Of a stretch of 64,000 nucleotides of DNA, positions 1 through 8,601 are shown piece after piece. This DNA is from Flavobacteriaceae bacterium. GTDB taxonomy: Bacteria; Bacteroidota; Bacteroidia; Flavobacteriales; Flavobacteriaceae. Below the pieces are notes generated by a model. It was not told where the DNA came from, ran no database searches, and worked only from the letters and a program-made list of their open reading frames with translations. Every line of letters begins with the position of its first letter. Position 1 is the first letter of the stretch. The DNA is taken from NCBI GenBank assembly GCA_049607205.1, contig JBMYWH010000004.1, positions 54,825-118,824 on the forward strand, written 5' to 3'. Both the position numbers and the translations under genes were made by a program.

Positions 1-2
1 TA

Positions 3-401
3 GTTCTTACGGGATTGTTTATGTTGGTTGGAATTGTATACAATTTCAGAGAAGCAACTTTTAAATCTGTTCAATCCAATAGACGAATCGAGAATTTTAA
101 TCGAATCATTAAGAAACTTCAGAATGAATTGGCGGAAACAAAACTTGAAGAAAAGGATCGCTATGCAGAGCTTAAAAAAAATGTATACCACCAAGCAGAG
201 AAAAGAGGTTTGTCCAGACGTGAACAGGATGTGGTTTGGTTAGTCTGCAAGGGATATAGCAATTTGGAAATATCTGAAAAGTTATATGTTTCGGTTAATA
301 CCGTGAAATATCATTTGAAAAATATCTTTATTAAAGAGGAAGTAGACCAGCGAAAAGATCTAGTTAAAATTTATCTTCATCAAAAACATCCTACCCACTA
401 G
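3..401 (+). CDS. LuxR/GerE-family HTH regulator, C-terminal part (5' end runs off the window)
   Basis: The frame is open from nt 3, with hydrophobic residues (VLTGLFMLVGIVY) before the first ATG at 15. A coiled-coil-like stretch follows, then a LuxR HTH (LSRREQDVVWLVCKGYSNLEISEKLYVSVNTVKYHLKNIF). Stop TAG 399-401. Confidence 0.75.
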   Translation, partial: VLTGLFMLVGIVYNFREATFKSVQSNRRIENFNRIIKKLQNELAETKLEEKDRYAELKKNVYHQAEKRGLSRREQDVVWLVCKGYSNLEISEKLYVSVNTVKYHLKNIFIKEEVDQRKDLVKIYLHQKHPTH

Positions 402-581
402 GGGTAGTTAGCCAACAATTGTTGAATTTTTTTATTTGCTTAAGCCCTTTGAATACTAGGTTTTTATAAAACTACCCTTCATGGATAGCCTATTTAAGGT
501 TGGTGAGTTATATCTTAGCAGTGTTAGTTAATTTGAAACATTTTAGGGGTAGGAGGTTCAAATAATATTAGCTAACATTTT

Positions 582-614
582 AAAAGAGAAGTTGTGGTGG
601 CTTCTCTTTTTTTT
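582..614 (+). terminator. Rho-independent terminator
   Basis: Stem AAAAGAGAAG (582-591) / CTTCTCTTTT (601-610), 9-nt loop, T-run to 614. Lies about 180 nt after the LuxR stop. Confidence 0.7.
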
Positions 615-651
615 GTGCCTTATTTTTGTTGAATACTTATATTTATTGAAG

Positions 652-659
652 TAGATTTG
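652..659 (+). promoter_or_regulatory. Bacteroidota -7 promoter box (TAnnTTTG)
   Basis: TAGATTTG, 17 nt upstream of ATG 677. TTG-containing -33-like stretch at 626-630. Confidence 0.5.
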
Positions 660-676
660 CCGGCTAAATTCAGGGG

Positions 677-1810
677 ATGAAGAAAATAGGGATTACGTAT
701 ATAGATAGTATTTCTAGTTTAGGGAGAGGAAAGGAATCTTGGGAAGCCTATAAAAGTGGTGAACACCATTTAAATGGTTTAATGGATTTAGGTGCTGTGT
801 ATTTGAACGAAAAGGTCAGAGCTGATCTTGAGAGTTTTCTGGCGCAAAGACCTGATCTCAAACGATTGGATCCTTCTGTACATTATATCTTGTATTTAGC
901 CCAAGAACTAAAGTCTTTATCAGGTAAAGAAATGGGATTGAATATGGCTTCTTCTAGAGGGGCTACTCATTTGTTTGAGCGTTATTATGATGAATTTTCA
1001 AAAAGTGATCAGAAGGAAGTTGCCTTGCTTAGTAGCCCGACAACGACCCTAGGAAATTTATCTTCCTGGTTAGCCCATGAATTGAATATTTCTGGGTTTG
1101 AAATGTCTCACTCTATTACTTGTTCTAGTGGTTTACATGCCTTTATTAACGGAGTGATTTGGTTGGAGAGTGGAAGAAGTGATGCCTTTTTAGTTGGAGC
1201 TAGTGAAGCCTCTAATACTCCTTTTACTTTAAAACAAATGGCTGCATTGAAGATCTGTCAGTTTGATGATACAGAGGACTTTCCTGTTCGTGCTCTTGAT
1301 TTTGAAAAGAAAAGGAATACGATGGCCGTTGGGGAAGGAGCTGCTTTGGTACTTCTAGAAAATGAAACTGAAAAGGCCTTGTGCTATGTTTCAGGTGTGG
1401 GCTATGCCACTGAACTTGTGGAGCACCCCGCTTCAATTTCTGCTCGTGCAACTTGTTTTCAAAAATCGATGAAGATGGCTTTGATGGATGCTGACTTAGA
1501 TACTGTGGATGTAATTGTTATGCATGCTCCGGGAACGATTAAAGGTGATTTATCGGAATGGAATGCGATTGAGGATGTTTTTGGACCTGAAAGAGTCCCA
1601 GCACTTACCAATAATAAATGGAATATAGGTCATACCCTTGGAGCTTCCGGGATTCATTCTTTAGAGATGGGAGTTTTGATGTTGATGCACAATAGCTTTA
1701 TTCCAAACCCATTTTTAAATCAGGACTTTCCAGAAAATATTGATACGGTGCTTGTAAATGCCGTCGGTTTCGGTGGAAATGCAGTAAGTGTAGTTTTATC
1801 AAGGAATTAA
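677..1810 (+). CDS. beta-ketoacyl-ACP synthase-like condensing enzyme (KAS I/II type)
   Basis: 377-aa thiolase-fold protein. A Cys-His-His triad is visible by eye (ITCSSGLHAF; VMHAPGT; IGHTLGASG). C-terminal GFGGNAVSVVL. Confidence 0.8.
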   Translation: MKKIGITYIDSISSLGRGKESWEAYKSGEHHLNGLMDLGAVYLNEKVRADLESFLAQRPDLKRLDPSVHYILYLAQELKSLSGKEMGLNMASSRGATHLFERYYDEFSKSDQKEVALLSSPTTTLGNLSSWLAHELNISGFEMSHSITCSSGLHAFINGVIWLESGRSDAFLVGASEASNTPFTLKQMAALKICQFDDTEDFPVRALDFEKKRNTMAVGEGAALVLLENETEKALCYVSGVGYATELVEHPASISARATCFQKSMKMALMDADLDTVDVIVMHAPGTIKGDLSEWNAIEDVFGPERVPALTNNKWNIGHTLGASGIHSLEMGVLMLMHNSFIPNPFLNQDFPENIDTVLVNAVGFGGNAVSVVLSRN

Positions 1811-1849
1811 AAGAAAATTAAAAATGTATGGTCATGTTATTGAATTCAG

Positions 1850-1857
1850 TATTTTTG
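1850..1857 (+). promoter_or_regulatory. Bacteroidota -7 promoter box
   Basis: TATTTTTG, 21 nt upstream of bioB ATG 1879. Confidence 0.45.
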
Positions 1858-1878
1858 GCCCTATAAACTTTGTTAATT

Positions 1879-2967
1879 ATGAGTGTCACAAAACACAATT
1901 GGACGAAAGAAGAAATTTTAGAAATTTACAATAGGCCCTTGATGGAGTTGCTTTATGATGCGGCCACTATACATAGAAAAAATCACAATCCTAATCAGGT
2001 ACAGGTGAGTACTTTACTGTCTATTAAGACGGGTGGATGCTCTGAGGATTGTGGGTATTGCCCTCAAGCTGCCCGTTATAATACCGGAGTAGATGGAGAG
2101 GATTTAATGACTGTTTCTCATGTGAAAGCTCAGGCTTTGAGAGCTAAGTCTTCTGGTTCTTCAAGAGTTTGTATGGGAGCTGCATGGAGAAATGTTAAGG
2201 ATGGTGAGGAGTTTGATCAGGTATTAGAAATGGTGCGTACGATTAATAAATTAGACATGGAGGTTTGTTGTACCCTTGGTATGATTACAGAAAACCAAGC
2301 CCAGCGTTTAGCTGAAGCAGGATTATATGCCTACAATCACAATATTGATTCTTCTGAGGACTATTATAGAGAGGTGATCTCTACGCGTGCTTTTCAGGAC
2401 CGTTTAGATACGATTGAAAATGTAAGAAAGACAAATGTATCTGTTTGTTCTGGAGGGATTATTGGAATGGGTGAGAGTTTAGAAGATCGTGCTGGAATGT
2501 TAGTAGCGCTTTCTACTTTGAACCCTCAGCCTGAATCAACTCCAATTAATGCTTTAGTAGCTGTGGATGGAACTCCTTTAGAAGAGCAGAAACCAATTGA
2601 TATTTGGGAAATGATCCGTATGGTTGCTACCACTAGAATTGTTCTTCCTGAAACTCAAGTTAGATTGTCGGCTGGACGTACTCAAATGAGTCAAGAAGGT
2701 CAAGCGATGTGTTTCTTTGCCGGTGCGAATTCTATTTTTGCTGGAGATAAATTATTGACTACACCGAACCCTGATGTAAGTGAGGATATGGTCTTATTTA
2801 ATAAGTTAGGTTTAGAGGCGATGAAAGCTTTTGCCAAGAAAGACCAGCCAGAAACTGTAGAAGCTGAAGATTCTCAATTTGAAGGTCTTGGAGAGAAGCC
2901 ACGTTGGACTAGACCAGAGCATAAGATTGAAAGAAATGAGCAAGCTAAGGCAAAGGCCAAAGCTTAG
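1879..2967 (+). CDS. bioB: biotin synthase
   Basis: Radical-SAM motif CSEDCGYCPQ and YNHNIDS, BioB-like throughout. ATG 1879 preferred over the in-frame TTG 1870 of the ORF track. Confidence 0.93.
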   Translation: MSVTKHNWTKEEILEIYNRPLMELLYDAATIHRKNHNPNQVQVSTLLSIKTGGCSEDCGYCPQAARYNTGVDGEDLMTVSHVKAQALRAKSSGSSRVCMGAAWRNVKDGEEFDQVLEMVRTINKLDMEVCCTLGMITENQAQRLAEAGLYAYNHNIDSSEDYYREVISTRAFQDRLDTIENVRKTNVSVCSGGIIGMGESLEDRAGMLVALSTLNPQPESTPINALVAVDGTPLEEQKPIDIWEMIRMVATTRIVLPETQVRLSAGRTQMSQEGQAMCFFAGANSIFAGDKLLTTPNPDVSEDMVLFNKLGLEAMKAFAKKDQPETVEAEDSQFEGLGEKPRWTRPEHKIERNEQAKAKAKA

Positions 2968-2984
2968 TTCATAGGAGATATAAC

Positions 2985-3019
2985 AAAAAAGCAGCTATTG
3001 AGAAATAGCTGCTTTTTTT
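2985..3019. terminator. bidirectional Rho-independent terminator (bioB / rseP convergent)
   Basis: GCAGCTATT (2991-2999) / AATAGCTGC (3004-3012), GAGA loop, flanked by A6 on the left and T7 on the right. Confidence 0.8.
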
Positions 3020-3039
3020 ATGGGTTTATTTAAACTCTT

Positions 3040-4365
3040 TTAGGAGTTAAACAATTTTACGATATCATTTCCGTTAGCTAATAAAAGCAAGGCAATTAAT
3101 AAGAAGAATCCGGCCATTTGAGCGTATTCTAAAAATTTATCACTTGGCTTACGACCTGAAATCATTTCATATAAAGTAAACATTACATGACCTCCATCTA
3201 AAGCTGGAATAGGTAGTAGGTTCATGAATCCTAACATGATTGATAAAAAGGCTGTAATAGACCAGAAAGATTGCCATGACCAAGTCGAAGGGAAAATACT
3301 TCCAATGGCGATGAATCCACCTACGGATTGAGCTCCTTTTTTAGTAAATACATACTTGAATTGAGCAATATAATCGTGTAGGGTCCAGTAGGCAAGTTTA
3401 TTTCCGCCTACAAAGGCATCAGCATAACTATAGTCTTCATGTTGTATGTTAAGAGCTCCTTGTATGTCGAAATCAGTATATACTCCAATGGAAGTTTGAT
3501 CTTGCATTTGAAGTTGTTTTTTAACGATTTCTCCGTTTCTTTTAATTTCCAAATTTAGCTCAGAACCTTCACGGTTTTTTACTGAATTTTGAAAATCATT
3601 CCAATAGATCGTTGGTGTATTGTTTACTGAAACGACTTGATCTCCTTTTAGGATTCCTGCTTTGTCAGCAATACTTGCGGGTACTACAGAGTCAATTCGA
3701 CCTTCAATCCTTGGGTTGAAAGGTTCCATTTCATTGTTTTGCCACATGCTAAGACCGATGTCTTGAGGAATGCTGATTTGTTCTAAACTTCCATCGGTGT
3801 GTTTAACTTGTACCGTTTGAATGCCTCTTAAAAATAAGTACTTATTAATGTCGAGAACATCTAGTGGAGCTTCTCCATCAATTTGAAGAATTTTATCTCC
3901 ATCTTGAAAGCCTAAGTCTTTAAAGGTTTGTGTGGTGCTGAAACCGTTTTTGACTCCCTCAGGAGTTACATAGTCCTCACCCCAAACAAATAGGATCATT
4001 TGATAGATAAGAATTCCAAGTACGAAGTTTACGGTTACCCCTCCAAGCATTACGATTAAACGTTGCCAAGCTGGTTTGGATCTAAATTCCCAATCTTTAG
4101 GGGGAAGTTTCATCGCTTCGGTATCCATTGACTCGTCAATCATACCTGCAATTTTCACATATCCTCCAAGAGGAATCCAACCTATACCATATACTGTATC
4201 TCCAATTTTCTTTTTGAAAAGAGAGAATTTATAATCAAAAAACAAGTAAAATTTCTCCACCTTAATCTTGAAATACTTCGCTGGAAGGAAGTGTCCTAGT
4301 TCGTGAAGAACAATAAGTAAAGACAAACTCAATATAAATTGAGACGCTTTTATAAATACATCCAT
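3040..4365 (-). CDS. rseP: RIP site-2 metalloprotease RseP (M50 family)
   Basis: HELGHF zinc motif near the N-terminus, internal PDZ-like region, C-terminal NLLPIPALDGGH motif, polytopic. Confidence 0.9.
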   Translation of the reverse strand: MDVFIKASQFILSLSLLIVLHELGHFLPAKYFKIKVEKFYLFFDYKFSLFKKKIGDTVYGIGWIPLGGYVKIAGMIDESMDTEAMKLPPKDWEFRSKPAWQRLIVMLGGVTVNFVLGILIYQMILFVWGEDYVTPEGVKNGFSTTQTFKDLGFQDGDKILQIDGEAPLDVLDINKYLFLRGIQTVQVKHTDGSLEQISIPQDIGLSMWQNNEMEPFNPRIEGRIDSVVPASIADKAGILKGDQVVSVNNTPTIYWNDFQNSVKNREGSELNLEIKRNGEIVKKQLQMQDQTSIGVYTDFDIQGALNIQHEDYSYADAFVGGNKLAYWTLHDYIAQFKYVFTKKGAQSVGGFIAIGSIFPSTWSWQSFWSITAFLSIMLGFMNLLPIPALDGGHVMFTLYEMISGRKPSDKFLEYAQMAGFFLLIALLLLANGNDIVKLFNS

Positions 4366-4389
4366 GTGTTTCTTTTAATTTTTGACTGA

Positions 4390-4397
4390 CAAATGTA
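4390..4397 (-). promoter_or_regulatory. Bacteroidota -7 promoter box for rseP
   Basis: Minus-strand TACATTTG, 24 nt upstream of the rseP ATG (4363-4365). Confidence 0.45.
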
Positions 4398-4430
4398 CAA
4401 TTTTAAACCATTTATTTTAATGGCTTTGCG

Positions 4431-4438
4431 TAATTTTG
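4431..4438 (+). promoter_or_regulatory. Bacteroidota -7 promoter box for the SCO1-like gene
   Basis: TAATTTTG, 17 nt upstream of ATG 4456. Confidence 0.45.
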
Positions 4439-4455
4439 GCTTAAAGTTTAGAAAT

Positions 4456-5139
4456 ATGGATTTAGGATTTTTCAATAAGTCTAAAGGGACGCTCAAAGTG
4501 ATGCTTGTATTGTCAGTAATTAGTATTACTTTGATTCTATTTGTCGGTACTCCACAGAAAAAGTTACCAATTTTTAATCCAACAGATGTGAATCCTAAAT
4601 TGGTAGACCCTTCCATTAAACATGTCAATAGAAATCACAAGGTCTCGGATTTTGCGTTGATCAATCAAAATGGACAGGAGATTACACAGAAAGATTATGA
4701 GAGTAAGATTTACGTGGCGGATTTCTTTTTCACACGGTGTCAGACGATTTGCCCAATTATGACGGGTAATATGAAAATGGTACAGGAGGCTTTTCTCAAC
4801 GACCCTAAGGTGATGATGCTTTCTCATTCTGTTACACCGGTTATGGATTCTGTACCTGTTTTAAAGGCTTATGCTATAGATAAAGGAGTAAATGATGCGA
4901 AATGGAATCTGGTCACAGGGCCCAAAACGGAAATTTACCGCTTGGCACGCAAAAGTTATTTTGCAGTTTTAGACGAAGGAGATGGTGGAGTTCAAGATTT
5001 TATTCACACAGAAAACTTTGTTTTAGTAGATCCCAAGAAACGCATTCGTGGCTATTATGACGGAACGGATGTAGCTGATGTAGAGCGATTGATTGAGGAC
5101 ATTAAACTTCTTGAAGAAGAATTCTCAAAAACTCCATAA
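4456..5139 (+). CDS. SCO1/SenC family copper chaperone / thiol-disulfide protein
   Basis: FFFTRCQTICP (CxxxCP) motif, N-terminal TM anchor. Start moved from ORF-track 4393 to ATG 4456 because a -7 box lies inside the longer ORF. Start uncertain. Confidence 0.85.
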   Translation: MDLGFFNKSKGTLKVMLVLSVISITLILFVGTPQKKLPIFNPTDVNPKLVDPSIKHVNRNHKVSDFALINQNGQEITQKDYESKIYVADFFFTRCQTICPIMTGNMKMVQEAFLNDPKVMMLSHSVTPVMDSVPVLKAYAIDKGVNDAKWNLVTGPKTEIYRLARKSYFAVLDEGDGGVQDFIHTENFVLVDPKKRIRGYYDGTDVADVERLIEDIKLLEEEFSKTP

Positions 5140-5145
5140 TTTGAT

Positions 5146-5153
5146 TACATTTG
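5146..5153 (+). promoter_or_regulatory. Bacteroidota -7 promoter box for feoAB
   Basis: TACATTTG, 27 nt upstream of GTG 5181. Confidence 0.45.
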
Positions 5154-5163
5154 CATAATTTAA

Positions 5164-5178
5164 AATGATTCTCAATAA
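5164..5178 (+). promoter_or_regulatory. possible Fur-box-like operator
   Basis: AATGATTCTCAATAA matches 11 of 15 positions of the classical AATGATAATCATTAT core by eye. Sits between the -7 box and the feoA start. Weak. Confidence 0.25.
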
Positions 5179-5180
5179 CT

Positions 5181-5423
5181 GTGCAAACAATAGCAGATCT
5201 TAAAGTCGGGGAAAAAGGAATTATTGAATCTTTCGGATTCGAAGAAGTTCCTTTGAAATTATTAGAAATGGGATGTTATCCAGGAAAAGAGGTTGAGCTG
5301 ATTCAAGTGGCTCCACTGAATGATCCTCTGTACATTCGAGTGAATGATTCTCACATCGCTATTCGTAGGGATTCGGCTCAGCAAATTCACCTTGAAAAAA
5401 GATTGTGCGACGATGTTGAATAA
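5181..5423 (+). CDS. feoA: ferrous iron transport protein A
   Basis: 80-aa FeoA-like protein (LKVGEKGIIESF, LLEMGCYPGKEVELIQ). GTG start. Overlaps feoB by 11 nt. Confidence 0.85.
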   Translation: MQTIADLKVGEKGIIESFGFEEVPLKLLEMGCYPGKEVELIQVAPLNDPLYIRVNDSHIAIRRDSAQQIHLEKRLCDDVE

Positions 5424-7524
5424 AAACATTAGAAAAGTAGCCTTGGTTGGGAATCCGAATACGGGTAAAACCTCTTTGTTTAATCAGTTAACGGGTTTAA
5501 ATCAAAAGGTTGGGAACTATCCCGGTGTTACTGTAGATAAAAAAGTAGGACATTTTAACCATCAGGGAATGTCTGTAGAAATCACCGATCTACCTGGAAC
5601 CTATAGTATTAATCCTAATTCAAAGGATGAATCTGTAGTGATCAATACCTTAATGGATCAAGAGGGACGTTCTTATCCCGATGTGGTTGTTGTGGTAGCG
5701 GAGGTAGAGAACTTAAAAAGAAATTTGTTTTTATACACTCAAATTCGTGATTTAGGATTCCCTGTGATTCTTGCGGTTAACATGATGGATCGCGTTGGAA
5801 AGAAGGGAATACAAATAAATAAATCAGGAATTGAGAAAGATTTAGGAGCGGAAATTATCTGGATCTCTGCACGAAAGAAAGTTGGAATTGAAGAATTAAA
5901 GAATCAAATCGTTTGTAATAATGTTGTTGGAGAGGCTCATTTTGATCAGATTTCTTCAAAAATTTCACCTTCTTATTTTGAGAAATTTAATGCTTTTGCC
6001 GAGGGGTTAGATTTAAGTCCTTACCAAGCATGGATTTTGATGACTCAGAAGAACTTCGTGGAAATTCCTTCTTGTCGTAAAAAAATCATTGAACTCGAGG
6101 CTTTAGAGAATAATGAACTACAAAATTATCAACGCAAAGAGACGATTTACCGATATAAGTGGATTAATGATATTTTAAAGGTAAATTACAGTATTGACTT
6201 TCAGCAAGGAACTGGTCTTAGAGCACGTATTGATCAAATATTGACTCATAGAATTTTCGGATATGTGATCTTCTTGAGCATTCTGTTTTTGATTTTTCAA
6301 TCAGTATTTGATATTGCTTCTTATCCCATGGATATGATCGATGGTTTTTTTGCAGATTTAAGTGCTCGTGTGTCTCAAGGATTGCCTCCTGGACCTTTGA
6401 CCGATTTGATCGCTGAGGGATTGATTCCCGGGATTGGTGGAGTGGTTATCTTTATTCCACAGATTGCGATCTTGTTTTTCTTTCTAGGAATTCTTGAAGA
6501 GACTGGGTATATGTCTCGTGTGGTATTCTTAATGGATAAAATAATGAGGAAGTTTGGGATGAGTGGTAAGTCTGTTATCCCCTTAGTATCGGGAACGGCT
6601 TGTGCGATTCCTGCGATTATGGCTTCTCGAAATATCAATGACTGGAAGGAACGTTTGATTACGATTCTAGTAACGCCATTAACAACCTGTTCGGCCCGAC
6701 TTCCTGTTTATGCTATTATTATTTCTTTAGTAGTTCCGGATACTCGTGTCCTTGGGGTTTTTGGCCTGCAAGGCGTGGTGTTGACAGGGCTTTATATTCT
6801 TGGTTTTTTCACGGCTATCGTAGGTGCTGTGATCTTGAATAAAACCTTGAAAATTAAGTCTAAGAATTTCTTCATCATTGAAATGCCTACTTATAAATGG
6901 CCAAGTTTTAAAAATATTGGTATCGAGGTGTATGAAAAGACTAAGGCATTCGTTCTTGGAGCTGGTAAGATAATTCTTGCTTTATCAATTGTTTTGTGGT
7001 TCTTAGCTTCTAATGGATCTACGGAATATCAAAATGCAGAAGCACATATTAGTCAAGAGTATCAAGGTGTGAATCTTTCTGAAGATGAATATCAAGAGCT
7101 GCTGGCTTCGTATAAATTGGAATCTTCATATATCGGGAAGATAGGAAAGGGTATTGAACCGGTTCTTAGACCTCTAGGGTATGATTGGAAAATAGGAATT
7201 GCAATTGTGAGTTCCTTTGCTGCTAGAGAAGTTTTTGTATCGACCCTAGCAACTATCTATAGTGTAGGGGCCGGAGATGATGAAGTAGCTACGATCAAAG
7301 AGAGAATGGCCGAAGAAGTTGATCCAGACACGGGAGAAAAGGTCTTTGACCTTCCTACAGGAATGTCTTTGCTTATCTTTTATGCCTTTGCAATGCAATG
7401 TATGGGAACTTTTGCGGTGGTTAAGAAAGAGACTAAGTCTTGGTACTGGCCCATTGTTCAGTTCGTTGCTATGGGACTCTTAGCCTATGTGAGTGCATTT
7501 ATTACCTATCAAATTTTTTCTTAA
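5413..7524 (+). CDS. feoB: ferrous iron transporter B
   Basis: G-domain motifs GNPNTGKTSLFN, DLPG, NMMD, plus a large polytopic permease. Start at ATG 5413 (MLNKNIRKVALVG) rather than ORF-track 5344. Confidence 0.95.
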   Translation: MLNKNIRKVALVGNPNTGKTSLFNQLTGLNQKVGNYPGVTVDKKVGHFNHQGMSVEITDLPGTYSINPNSKDESVVINTLMDQEGRSYPDVVVVVAEVENLKRNLFLYTQIRDLGFPVILAVNMMDRVGKKGIQINKSGIEKDLGAEIIWISARKKVGIEELKNQIVCNNVVGEAHFDQISSKISPSYFEKFNAFAEGLDLSPYQAWILMTQKNFVEIPSCRKKIIELEALENNELQNYQRKETIYRYKWINDILKVNYSIDFQQGTGLRARIDQILTHRIFGYVIFLSILFLIFQSVFDIASYPMDMIDGFFADLSARVSQGLPPGPLTDLIAEGLIPGIGGVVIFIPQIAILFFFLGILEETGYMSRVVFLMDKIMRKFGMSGKSVIPLVSGTACAIPAIMASRNINDWKERLITILVTPLTTCSARLPVYAIIISLVVPDTRVLGVFGLQGVVLTGLYILGFFTAIVGAVILNKTLKIKSKNFFIIEMPTYKWPSFKNIGIEVYEKTKAFVLGAGKIILALSIVLWFLASNGSTEYQNAEAHISQEYQGVNLSEDEYQELLASYKLESSYIGKIGKGIEPVLRPLGYDWKIGIAIVSSFAAREVFVSTLATIYSVGAGDDEVATIKERMAEEVDPDTGEKVFDLPTGMSLLIFYAFAMQCMGTFAVVKKETKSWYWPIVQFVAMGLLAYVSAFITYQIFS

Positions 7525-7637
7525 TGCAAGAGATCATTGTTTATATTTGTTTAGGAGCCGCGTTGGTTTATTTGATTTGGAAATTTTTTCTTTCCAAAGA
7601 AGATGATTCCTGTGGAGGTCCTGATTGCAAATGTTAG
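7524..7637 (+). CDS. FeoB-associated Cys-rich small membrane protein
   Basis: 37-aa ORF starting in a TAATG overlap with the feoB stop. One TM helix, then CGGPDCKC. Family name from memory. Confidence 0.7.
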   Translation: MQEIIVYICLGAALVYLIWKFFLSKEDDSCGGPDCKC

Positions 7638-7640
7638 CCT

Positions 7641-8567
7641 ATGAGAATTGTTGTTTATGGAAGTGGAGGAGTAGGAGGTTATTTTGGCCTGCGATTGGCT
7701 GAGGCCGGAAATCAAGTTCACTTTATCGCGCGAGGAGCGCATCTTGAGCAAATTAGAGATCGTGGATTCGAGCTCACTTCCCCTAAAGGAAACTTTTTAC
7801 TTGAGAATGTTCTGGCCAGTAGTCAGAGTGATCAAATTGAATTTGAGGAGATCGATTTAGTGATTTTTGCCTGTAAAACCTTTCAATTGGAAGCTGCAGC
7901 TGAGGAAATTGCTCCTTTTGTTGGTTCGACTACCTTGCTACTACCCTTACTCAATGGGGTAGAGAGCCCAGAGATTCTTTCTTCAGTGTTCGGGTCTGAA
8001 AATGTACTAGGGGGTTTATGTCGTATTATTTCAAAGATTGATGGCCCGGGACGTATTGCTCATTTAGACGTGGAACCAAGTGTGGTTTTCGGGGAGCTCA
8101 ATGGAGTTCACAGTAGCCGTGCGGAAGTGGTTCAGTCCGTGTTTAGTCAGGCGGGAGTTCAGATTAAATTATCCGAGCATATTGAAAAGGAGATGTGGAC
8201 TAAATTTATGTTTATTAGTTCAATCTCAGCACTTGGAGCACTGGTTAGAGCACCTATAGGAGTTTTAAGACAGGGGTATTTACGTACGGTAATTCGCGCT
8301 ACTCTTGAAGAAATTTTAGCTCTTGCTCAAGCTAAAGGGGTTGATCTGAGTTCTCGAATTATAGATAAACAAATGGAGGTTATCGATCGACAGGATGATT
8401 TAACTACGGCTTCCCTGCAGCGTGATATTATGCAGGGCCGCCCCTCAGAACTAGAGTCTCAAAATGGTGCTGTGGTTAGAATGGCAAAAAAACATGGTGT
8501 AAAAACACCTTGGAATGAAATGATTTATGAGTTTTTGCGACCACAAGAGGAGGATTCAAGAAATTGA
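7641..8567 (+). CDS. panE: 2-dehydropantoate 2-reductase family (ApbA/PanE) oxidoreductase
   Basis: N-terminal Rossmann motif GSGGVGGYFG, with ApbA/PanE-like length and C-terminal domain. Family-level call. Confidence 0.75.
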   Translation: MRIVVYGSGGVGGYFGLRLAEAGNQVHFIARGAHLEQIRDRGFELTSPKGNFLLENVLASSQSDQIEFEEIDLVIFACKTFQLEAAAEEIAPFVGSTTLLLPLLNGVESPEILSSVFGSENVLGGLCRIISKIDGPGRIAHLDVEPSVVFGELNGVHSSRAEVVQSVFSQAGVQIKLSEHIEKEMWTKFMFISSISALGALVRAPIGVLRQGYLRTVIRATLEEILALAQAKGVDLSSRIIDKQMEVIDRQDDLTTASLQRDIMQGRPSELESQNGAVVRMAKKHGVKTPWNEMIYEFLRPQEEDSRN

Positions 8568-8601
8568 TTGCTATATTTAACTCAAATAAATCAAACACAA
8601 A

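Noticed and set aside
401-478. Possible tRNA or tRNA-like element: a 7-bp acceptor-like stem GGGGTAG/CTACCCT spanning 78 nt, and GGTTCAAAT (555-563) resembling a T-loop.
   Set aside because: No D-arm can be drawn (no GG in the loop, no complementary stem). The 17 nt before the 3' strand do not form a T-arm, and the T-loop-like string at 555-563 has no flanking stem. Kept only as part of the structured non-coding finding.
551-556. AGGAGG Shine-Dalgarno-like sequence.
   Set aside because: No ORF starts within 15 nt downstream, and Bacteroidota do not rely on SD pairing. Probably part of RNA structure or chance.
5344-5412. Upstream extension of feoB (MILTSLFVGIRLSKFTLKKDCAT).
   Set aside because: It lies within the feoA coding region in another frame. 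The FeoB G-domain begins right after ATG 5413.
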